From positions 2,108,001 to 2,172,000 of the forward strand of contig JAQFVV010000009.1 in assembly GCA_028023455.1 (NCBI GenBank): a stretch of 64,000 bases of DNA, given 5' to 3'. Within the stretch, counting starts at the first letter, position 1; each line of letters starts with the position of its first letter. Positions 39,401-51,400 of this stretch are shown in pieces. The stretch comes from Epiperipatus broadwayi (taxonomy: Eukaryota; Animalia; Onychophora). The notes beneath the pieces are model-generated. The model had not been told where the DNA came from and made no database searches. It worked only from the letters and a program-made list of their open reading frames with translations. The translations under genes and the position numbers were made by a program.

Positions 39401-42400
39401 TTATGCTGGGGTTGGGAAAAGATAAAGGGGATTTAGATATAAAGACCATGGAGTTGACAAAGATTATCTTGTGGAAATGAGATGGAGCAGGATAGACAAG
39501 AATATGGAAAAACTTAGGGCAAGGAATGGAAAGGCAAGTTAAAGTGGCTAACAGGTTTCTATGGACATCTGACTCTGTATAAGGAGAAGTCGCAGTACAT
39601 CACCTCACAGCTGTTGAAAAATGGGAGTTTCATTTGGATTGGGTTTGTGTATATTTATGAATAATACCATCCGTGTTCATTTAATATTTGAACCATCACA
39701 TAGCAATATCAGTTGTGATGACAAGACAGTATGAATTGAACATTTCAGGTCACTTGAAAATCACAGAGATTGCTATCAATTTTTTTTTTTTGCAAGAGAT
39801 AAATACCTACCCCAATCTCAGTTTCAATATAAGGTTGTCATTATTATTTAATGGCTATTCTAGTGAGTTTTGGAGGCTTTGCATTAATTGTTGAAGTGCT
39901 ATTAGTTTTCATGATAGGTAGGGTCGTAATTGGTCATGTGCAAGCCATTAAAAAGGAGAAACTGTTGTCAGAAATAAAAAGAAAAGTTCATAAATGTAGA
40001 TCTTTGAAATTCCTTTGATAAATTGTGGATAAAGGTAGATGAGATGTAAGATTTTTTTTTTTGTAATTCTTAAGGTAACAGAAGACATATTGATGAGAGT
40101 ATTTTCAGTAAAAAAAAAGAATGCTTTTAAATATTATGTATTTGGATAATTTGGCTGAAAACTATTTCAAGATATCTGATGGTAATTCAAATATAAATAC
40201 CAAATGTGATGATATAAAAATAGTTGTATATAGTTAATAGAAAATTTGAAGAACCATGATAAAAAGGAAGCAAGGAGATGTATAAAAAATGAAAGAATTA
40301 AAAGACAGAAGTTTTTGTTGTGAATAAAATATAATAATAAATACACATTTTAAACTTGAGGATTTACATTCTGGAAAGTTATTGATAACATGATTGGATT
40401 ATATATTTTTCAAAATAGATTTTGGGATAGTCTTAAGTTTTTGTGTTCACAACATACAGCTGAAGATTTGGATCATAATCAAGGAGTAATGGGATTGAAA
40501 TCAAATTTTAAGAGAATAAGAAAATCTGTCCCAAGAAAAAAGAAATGAATCATTAATAATTTAAAAGAAATAATTAGGAACAACAATTTTGAAATTTATC
40601 ACATTCTAACTTTATATCATTAATATCTAAAAGATAAATTCATGTAAAATATATGTTTTCAAAGAAAATTGAGATACAATTTAAAACATTAATTCATTTT
40701 AAAATGTGAATATTTATATCTTTAATGAAGACTTGTTATTTTATATGTGTTCTGCAAATAATATTTTCTAAGAAAATGCTTTAAGTACCTGCACAAATTA
40801 TTCAAACTTCTCTTAACCTTAAGGTTGCTAGAACTAAATGCACTGTGCAAATTAGTATCCAGCAAAAGCAGTTTAAAGTTTTATATATAAATCCAAAAGA
40901 TTAGTGTATAATTATAAGCACTTTTCTAATTTGATTGATATATATATGATAGTGTATAGGGTGTATGCATATGTAAGTAAACTATGAATTATATTTTTAT
41001 CTAAAGTAATATTTTAAAAACAGTTTACAGTATATTTTATTTTTTATATATACATTTAATAAGCTTTTTTTTTTGTTTTTTAAAAAAAAAATCAAATATT
41101 TGTTTTGTACATTTATTAATAAATAATTATTTTTAGTTGTTGTTTTTTTTTTTAAGTATAATAGTACAAAAATGGTTATTATTTAATTTCAGATTAAAAC
41201 ATGGGATGGTCATTACACTCCCGAATTAGATCGAGTTAAGGTAAAACTCAAATATAAATATATCATTATTTAATTTTTCATTATAGTTTATAAGCTGCAA
41301 TTAAAAGACAGAAGAAGAAATAATTATATTTTGTTTCCTTGATGTTATTTTGAAAATTATAATGTGTCTTATAAAGTAAAATTTAAAAAATATATATTTT
41401 ACAATAACTTTCCTCTATCGAAATCTACAGTTATAAGAAATTTCACTGAAGATTTTTTCAATTTCAATTTGTTTTTTTTTTTTGTTTTTTTTTATAGACA
41501 GCATTTCAATTGTTATCTGACTTAGTTGTTAAATTAATTGAGCCTATGTTGTTTTCTAGCTAAGAATAGCTAGCAAAAACATTTGAGCTCATCTAAGATA
41601 TCTTCACTTATCTAAAAAAATCTTTAAACTTTCTTCTCAACTTATAGTTTGGATCATGTGCTGTCAGGCTGCCTTCGAATATTAATTAATAAAAAGAAAA
41701 CCAACAATATAGTGGAAATTAGAGAATTAAAAATCAAATTCTTTTATAAAGAATATTAATAAAAATATATTTTAAATTATATTAGAACATATACTATATA
41801 TGTAACATTTCTGCTGCAAAAAACTATTCTTTATTTGTTCAACTTCATGGAGGTTACTCTTATAAATTTTTTTATACCAATATTAGTTATATATAAAAAA
41901 AATATTAAACTATAGCTAATTTATGGTATGTCTCCATTTCTAATAGTATCTATATAATTACAATTGGTATAATAAATTTTATAATGTTAGTTTCAGTTTT
42001 GTTCATTACATTTATTATATTTGATATTAATATATTCGCATTATCATTTCATAAATATATCATTGTTTAATAATAATTATTTATAAGCCTAGAATTTGTT
42101 ATACAGTCCCAATTTTCATATTCATAGTTTTAGTTATATATGATTAAAAAAATATTAAATAAAAAATTATAAATTAATAAAAAGGAAAATTTTGTTTTCT
42201 AAATTTTAATTTTCTAGTTCGCAGTGCAACCAACCATCTAGTGGTGTAAAAACATCACAAGCAGATAAAAATAACAGACTATTTATTCCCTTGTAAAACT
42301 CTTTTTAAAAACATCCAAACTGCTGAAATTTAAACATTATTTTTTTATCTGTAATTTTATTTATATATATACATTTTGTGTATTGGATATTTATTTTTAT

Positions 42401-45400
42401 ATAGAAATAAACTTTTTAAAATATCATAATTAAAATAATAATTCAAAACAATTCAGCTTTACTAAACTTAATGTTGACTAGTTTTTATCTCTCTAAGAGT
42501 ATAACTTGTACTTTTCTGATAAAAGCTGTTATGCAGTGAACAAAAATGAAATTACTTCTGCTTGTTTGTAAGTTATTATAAACAGAGTATAATTAATTCT
42601 CAAGGAGATGCCATAGTGGATATTTTTTGCATTTTTTACATTTAGTTTAAGTTATTGGTTTTATAATATCTTCAGATTACTTTGTGTATATACAATATAT
42701 TATATGCTGCTATAAAGATAACATAAACAATGCAATAAACCGGGAAAAAAATATTGTGACTTTTCAAGTAAACCAAAATGGCAGCTGTATTTTTGATAGA
42801 TCTACAGTATCAGGGGGTTCCCAAAAATAGTTACTATAAAATAAAATTTAAATTCCCTTTAAATTTGAAGATTTATTTCCCAAAATTTGTAATTTATTAA
42901 AGTTTTTAATTTAATATTCATTTATAAATTACAAATTTTGGGAAATAAATCTTCAAATTAAACTTATGACAACAGACTTATTACATTCCTCACACATTTC
43001 CAATTAAAATTATGTATACAATCTTAAACATAGCATTTCATACTATCATTAATTTCTCTACTATTTCTTGCTAAATATATTGTATCCTTCCTAAATTAAA
43101 ATTAACATAGACTCACTCCGGCTAATATTGGAAACTTTCCAGCTAAACTCTAAACTACTATATCTCAAATCACAATCGAATTATCCAAATAATATTTATT
43201 AAAGCAATACTTTAACTAGCTCAGAATGCATTTCTAACATACTATATGTAACAACATTAATATTTAAAATAATTTATCTTATTTAAATAATAAACTAAGA
43301 AAATCAAAATACATAAATTAAATACTAAGGTTTAAATCAGATTCTCGGCTCATTTATTATTATAACAGTTTAAACTATTACTAGTGCGTTATTTACTCCT
43401 ATAATATAGTTCGATTAAAAATTCTAACAAAAATTATGAAACTTTGCATGAGACATTTAGCAAAGTACACTGTTGGTTTAACATTGAGGATGTATCCTGA
43501 AAGATATACTCTCAATAGCATAAGAATATTACCCCTACTTAACTTATAGAAAACTTCCTTGTAATATTTTAGAGCTCACATCATACATAAAATAAATTCT
43601 AATCAAATAATTTATAAAATTATTAGGAAACAATAAAACAATTACTATTTTTTCATAAAAAATAATATTTAAATTTAATATTAAATAGGAATTTCTATCC
43701 ATTATCACTTCATTTAATTCTTATAATTATTCAACACCACAGATTCATCTCCTAATAATAATGATAAACAAATTAATACAATAACTAAATACAATGAGGG
43801 ATTTTACATATATTTATCTACCCTTCCAAAAACAACAAACAACTAGAATATTTTCAAGATTCTTAAAATAATATATTTACTTTACTACTCCTCAGTAAAC
43901 ATAATTATAAATTCTTATAAAAACATCATATAGAATATTTTTAATAAGTTCTAAAATATTTTATATCATATTATACTATAAAATCTTTACAAAAACATCA
44001 TACTGTTAATATAAATGTATGATAATTTTTAAAATTGGCGTTATATAATCTTCATAATTAGCAATAACAAGATCTGTAATAATAATGACAATTATAATAA
44101 TATATTCTTGTTAACCATGTGCAGTAATATAATGATACAAGTAATTTTTATAATTCATGTGTATGAATACGAAGATTCAAAAACACTCAGACATATCAAA
44201 CAAAGAAACTCAAGACAATATGAATACAAAAACATTAACAAGTTTATTATTTAACACATACTTAAATTTACAAAAATATACATTTATAAAAATTTAATAC
44301 ATTTAAAAAGTAACAAAAGAAAAATTAATTAATCAAATTAAAATATTTACATAAAAGATGTTCTGAAAATTATAAAGTATTAAATAGCCTTTACTCTGAC
44401 TATTTGCTATATAAAATTATATAAGATATTGTACATTATAATAGTAATAGCATTATTATATTTTATACTTGTGATAACAATATTTTATCATGACTATCAT
44501 AGTTAAATAAAACAATAACAGTAATGAATACAATTTTTTTACATTATTGTATACTTCATATTTTCAAAAGAAAATTATGATTATAGTAATACCCATCAAT
44601 ACTATAAATTTAAATTAAGATTAATACTTATTAAAAAATTTAATATATAAAATTATCCTTGGGATACTAAGTACCAACAAAGTATTTACCTCTACCTTCC
44701 AGGTATATTTTAAAATTCTAATATAAAAGTAAATAAAGAAAAATATAGTTAATGAAATAACTTCCTTCAAAAAATTTGTAAGTTATTTTCTATAAAATAT
44801 TTAAAACAACCCTATAACTTTTGTTTTTGTCAAGTTCACTTTACTTATAAATAATCAGATTATATTAAATAATTATATATTGCTTGTATATGCTATATTT
44901 ATTTATTTCAATATCTATCACTATAATAGCATTCAGATATTGCATTCCATCATTCTCTCTCTCAAACAAAAATATGCTTTTAACATTTGAGCTTAATGAT
45001 CTCCATTATTAATATATCTAGAAATATCACATCATTTTATAAAAAAATCATTTGTGATAAAAAAAATTTCTCTTCTTGCATTCACAAATAATAACAACCT
45101 TCTACAGTCCAGCTATTATTCTGACCAACTTTTAAACTATACCATTCACTATGTATCCAATGGTGATCATTAGTGATTACAGTGAGGGATATGAATACAA
45201 TAATAATTCAAACTAATATAAAATGTCATGGTTGCAGTACTTAAGGTTACATATTTATCATGTACATTAAATTCTGTTCATGGCTTCTACCTGAGCTCTT
45301 ACTAAACTATGGAAAGAATGCAACTGACCAGTACTAAATATACAGAACTTTGTTAATTGTATTTAATTCATTAATTCATGACAATATAATTCAAATATAA

Positions 45401-48400
45401 TATTTCTCAATATCCCTATCAGCCAGGATTTCATTTTACAACTAATTTCCCAGACCACTATCTTTCATCTTTCACATTCTGAATACTTATCTTGACATTG
45501 TACAGAAATTCTAACTACTTTACATAAAATAATCTCCAAGTTACATTTCAAAGTAAATATCTAATTAAAATCAAGATGGTTCAAAAATGTGTACACAAAT
45601 GATTTCATGAAATCCATCTTTATCACACATTCATTCAACCAAATAATTCAGAAATCAGCATTTTCATTTGTTGTATCTAAACAGATACTGTCTAGAATGA
45701 TATTTTGGTAACTCATAATTATATTTAAAGATATGCAAACTTAAGCATTCATAAAATTTTATATACCTTTAGATAACACACACAGTATTTTCTACCTTCA
45801 TTTTATATTCAGAAAACAACATATTCTTAATCGTATAAATAGGATATGTCTGGTTTAAGAAATTAAGCAATATGATAAGCAAATAAAATATACATTAAAA
45901 TATTATTAAAATGCGTAATAATTTATTTTTAATCCCAATAAGTATTCGAATTAAATATGGTGACCCCATTCTCTTCACAGCATACAAACATATAATAAGT
46001 TATAGGCATTTTTTTTTATATTTACCTTTTAAAAAATTTAATTTGTCTGATACCTATTATTTTTCTTTATTTCAAAATAAATTATTTAAATCTTAAAATA
46101 CTAAGCTTATTTCTAAAAAGAAAAATATTAATTTACTATAACGGTTCGAAAAGAAGGAGTCTTACCGTATCCGCCGTACAGAGCGCCACTAGGCCATTTG
46201 AACCTAGAAAATTTATAGTAGTAGGCAGATACGTAAGTTGAAAAAATTTTTACATGTTTTATTCAGACCGTCAGCCCATGCCACTAGCTCAGTGGAACAG
46301 CAGAGGTTTATATTTTGTAAATTCTTATTTAAGAATATTTCAATATTAAAAATAATAGAAAGAAGCCACTGCCAGTAATTAGCACACAAACATTTATTTA
46401 CACACATATAAATTTTGCATCATTTTAGAATCACTTTTACTTTAAAATTTTCTTTTTATAAAACATCAGAACTTTACTTTAAAATTTAACTCACATTTAA
46501 CTTTGTTTTTAGAATTTAATTTACATTTAAACTTTTATTTTCTAAGTTTGCACAGATAAAATTTAACTCACATTTAACTTTGTTTTTAGAATTTAATTTA
46601 CATTTAAACTTTTATTTTCTAAGTTTGCACAGATGAATTTAGTATTTTATTAAATGTTGAGTATGAATAGACTACATAGATTGCATTGGGTAAAGAAAAT
46701 ATTCTATCCCTGATTTAACCTTAGGCCAAAGGTTCGCAGCCAAACCAACGTCAATCCATCTGATATATCAATGCATTCAATGCAGTATTAATACGACAGC
46801 ACAAAATACCATACTGTCAGGAATGTACATCTGAACAGCATGGTTAGAAGACATTGACTCTCGTCCAGAGACAGAAATGCTACATCTTTCTGGCAAAAAG
46901 AACAATAAAAAAAAAACTCCATAGAAAGGGACTGCGTTTTCCGTCTTACTATCCCATTCGATAGGCAAACGGGGTGTGCGGCGTATGCTGTGATCCTGCA
47001 TGTAGCAAACCTCATACTACATCTACTAATTACACCATTATATACAATCCATTGACCCAATTTAACTACAAAACAAATAACCTATGATTAATCCTCCCTT
47101 AATTAATTAATATAACTTTATAAATCTATATAGCCATTCACGCCCGACTTGAGTTTAACATTTATATAATTTCGCACAGATGAATTTTATAAAAGTGTGT
47201 TTTTTTAATGTTGAGTTTAGATCGGCTACATAGATTACATGGTTAAAAGCATTTCAAAATAAACATAAATGATCAAAATATAAAGTCATTGATGGAAATT
47301 TACAAGAAACCCAATGGCATTCATCATAAGATGCCGCATTGACACCCATAACTTTAAAAGACATCTGAATAAATACATTTTAGATACTCACCATAAGGTA
47401 TCATTATTTACCGAATGTCTATATATTTTAATCAAATATGAAAACAAAAACATAATTAACCATTAACGAATCCATGCAAGCATCTATACCCAACTTAAAT
47501 TTAATGCATTTAGATAATTTATACAATAAATATTAATAAAAATATTTTTAAAAAAATTGAAATGATTTAACAAACAAATAATACATTCAATCAAATAATT
47601 AATACTGATTACATTTGGTCAGATTGGAATTTCTATTGCAATTATTTTAAATACTGGGAAAATTTTATACTTAGCGTTATTGTTTTGAAAATGTTCATAA
47701 AGTTCTTATGGTTTTAAAAAGTTCATCTTTATCCGTTGCGTGCCATTTGAATGTGAATTCCCATGCTGTCCTAAAGAGATTGGTATTCTGTTGGCCGTTT
47801 TATTGATTCATCCAGAGGTCTTTTACTTTAGCTGGTCCTCAATGTAGAAAACGATTGGTCATTTCTCTTTCTTTTTTTTTTTAGCAGAACTGAAGGGATT
47901 GAAGAGTGCGTCTTTTCAATCCCTTCTCCTTCAACTCCGCACTGACACATATCACCACTGCTATCACCCAACTATCTTTAAATTAATTTTCACTCACTTT
48001 TTATGGTAGACTTTCGGATCCAGTGGACATTACGTCATGATGATGGTGATAGTCTTTTCACTGAGGTCCGATTCCTGAGTGATTTCTTTTATTGGCCATT
48101 CTGTTCCCATTGTTTTTCTCTCCTATCTGACCTTTGATTATATATTATGAAATGCCCAAAGGCTAGTTCACTTGGACTAATTAAAATAATCATTTCCATT
48201 TTTCAATAACATTAATTTTTTTTTTTTATCTTTAAATCTTTTAAGTCTTTTTCTTAATATTTAGTTTTAAAACTTTTTCTTTTTTTTTTAATAAAGTTTT
48301 CATTTAATAATTTTTCATCTGTGCGATTTTATATATTAGAGTTTAGATGATTTTTAGTTTTCAATTTTTAATTCTTAAAAAAAAAGTTTTTATTTGCGAA

Positions 48401-51400
48401 CTTTTATTTTTCATATTTAATAAAAAAAAAAATGTAATGGCGTATGTTTAAGACATCAAGCAATATGATAAGCAAATAAAATATACATTAAAATATTATT
48501 AAAATGCATAATAATTTATCTTTAATCCCAAGTATTGGAATTAAATATGGTGACCCCATTCTCTTTACAGTCATACAAACATATAATAAGTTATAGGCAT
48601 TTTTTTTTATATTTACCTTTTAAAAAAATAAATTTGTCTGATAGCTATTTTTTTTTTTTATTTCAAAATAAATTATTAAAATCTTAAAATACTAAGCTTA
48701 TTTCTACAAAAAAAATATTAATTTACATATTATTTCTAAAAACAGTAATATGAAAAAATAGAAAAATAACATTTAAAGCTGTGTAAAGTTCTTGTTTGTT
48801 TTCTTTTCTCCAGCTCTGTTGAGAAATACGGAGAGCTTGCATTGTTGCTATTAATTACGAACAAAGTTTTATTACAAAGATTTTTTCCTCTGCAATGAAC
48901 ACTAGACTCCACAATATGCACACAAGTTAATATTTAAAAGTCTTTTTGAAATTCTATCCATCTATACTTGATAAAAAGTCTGGCAAAGTATATTTCCTTA
49001 GCATTTCAAGGAGAACAGATATTTCAAAGAAAATATCCATTAAAATAATTTTTATATTAGGTAATAATTTTCTGTTCGAACATTTATCTGCGTGGTCTAG
49101 ACTTTAGCAAAAAATATGACAAGATTAATATCTTCAGGAAGCACTTATATATTTTATAAAATAATATCAACAATTATTTTATTCATTTTTATTAAACAAT
49201 TTTAATGGCAATTCTTTTCCATGTATATTCAGGAATAAATTGTAATATTATATGATTTATAAGCTAAATTTCTTTTTTTTTTTAGTTTCAAGCTTTTTTC
49301 TTTTCAGATGTGCACATTCATTAATTAATTAGTTGCAAGATTTTATAGTTTCTTCATTCAGATAATATATTCAAAACTTAAAGAATTTTAGAATACTATT
49401 AAAAATTCATTTCTCTTTAAACTTATCAATCTTTCAACGAAAATTTTACTAAAACACATTCCACACTTTAAAAATATAATATTTATCCAAGATGTTTTTC
49501 TTTTCTCAAAAGATTAATAACAAAACATTTTCACAAACACATTTGCAGATAATAATACAAATGTATACACATTTATAGAATTCCATCACACATGTTTATT
49601 TTACTTGCATAACTTGCATAATATCACTTTTCATCCCTTCTTTTCTTGCTTTTAAAGAAAGAATAACTTTCCAGATAGCTTTTGATAATTATCCTCAACT
49701 TAATAGTGGCACATAAGTTCCACGAAAGTTTATATTTATCAGGATTTATTATATTAGCTAAATATAAATGTCCTCTCATTTCATTTCTACAAATAAAATT
49801 AAATAAAAAGTTCTTACAATTCTTTAAGTTTTCCTTGGCTATATGGTTGCAATTTTTATAGCTTCTTTGCATCAGACCAGTGATTAGATATCAACTATTG
49901 GTCTCCATAAAGTTATCACAGTTTTGTTAAGCTTCGATATGAAAATTTACTGACAGGGAATTAACTCGTTTCCCAAACTATGGGATACATTACAGTAAAT
50001 TATTTAAAATTATACTTTCAACTTTACTAATAAAATAAAATAAAATAATGTTATAAGACATTAAAACTTTACTTAATTAATTCAATTTAAAAAAAAAAAA
50101 AAAGCTTAAATTTAGACTTAAAAAACTGACTAGACTGGCTAAGCACCTATATTTATACCTTTTTTTATCTAGTTATTTCATTGGCTGATCACAGCTATTC
50201 CTAGACACTAATTTACATACAGATTACATCATTGTCTACAATTTATTTTCTAGAATAATCTAATTCAATTATATTTTATATTTATTACTTTTATTTAATA
50301 TTTTATAAAATAACATACCTTTATTTAAAAATTAGAAACATTTTAATAACTTTAATAATAACTTTAGAATATAAACTAACTCGAACATTGTAATAAAATT
50401 TATTATTATTACACTTTTAAAATAAAATTTATAATATTTTTTGCAACAGTTAATGTATCCAATTCTCATTAACAAGGAATTAAAAATTAATATTTCTGAC
50501 TAGAACAAACATATACACTTTAAAGACATGTGACATTATTTTAGAATATTCCAGAATAGCGAAATCATGATTATTTAAAACAATAATCTAATTATAGAAA
50601 ATTATTTAATATATATTAGAAAAAATACTGAAAAATTATATAAAGTTAAATATTTCTGTTAGGCAATTATTCTAACCTTATATTCTTTAAATATAATAAA
50701 CATTAAATAATTATATATTTCAAATAATAAATTATATTTATCGTTAAAATTATGTTAATACAACTTTAAAATACTTTGAATAGCTTTATTAACCCTCTTC
50801 TGCCTAACTGATTTAAGCTTATTTTGCACACAGATATCAATACAAAATATTATTGACTAATAAAAATTTTAAATTTTTTTAAACTAACTATTTTTAAATC
50901 TTTCTAAAAATGACTGGCAAATGACATGGTCACAATATGTATATATATATATATATGATATTTTGAATAAATTGAAGAGGCAGTAATAAAGCTGGATATT
51001 AAAAACTCTTTTTTTTGAGTATATTCATTAATTACCAGATATTATATTGGATATATGTAAGATCTACTGCTTTCTCTAACAAAGCCAAAAAAACACATTT
51101 GAGGTGAAATTCTTGCATGTGCTTTAATTAAAATTAAACATTAATAAATTACAATAATTAAGAATAAGCATATATAATTCATATGTTTATATATATACAC
51201 ACACACAAATATGAGTAAATGCCCAAACTGCTGGCATGTTTGTATTTTATCAATGTTTATCTACTAAAAATTGAAATGTATATATACTGATTTACTTTTA
51301 ATAAATAAATAAATTAAAAAAAACCTTGAATTTCTTTTCATTCAAAACAAAGAAGAAACCAGAAATTTTGAAATGAAAGCATCATTTCTTAAAATTTTAA

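Larger units (their letters stand above)
42755..50934 (-). mobile_element. Unresolved LTR-retroelement-derived composite
   Basis: ATAT|TGTGAC at 42751-42760 and GTCACA|ATAT at 50929-50938; internal U5/PBS-like junction at 46186-46205; LTR-like TATA (atttatacct ~50151-50160) and cttgtttgtt...ccag motif (~48800-48823) shared with the 8651-14270 LTRs. Confidence 0.4.

Noticed and set aside
39688-40320. Possible APE endonuclease or second element after the LINE
   Set aside because: No convincing motif could be read in any frame.
42811-42827. hAT-Charlie-like TIR CAGGGGGTTCCCAAAA
   Set aside because: No partner TIR or 8-bp TSD was found.
48433-49994. Possible solo LTR with perfect TGTAATG...CATTACA ends
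   Set aside because: The flanks AAAA and GTAA do not form a TSD, and no PBS or PPT is adjacent; kept only as part of the unresolved composite.
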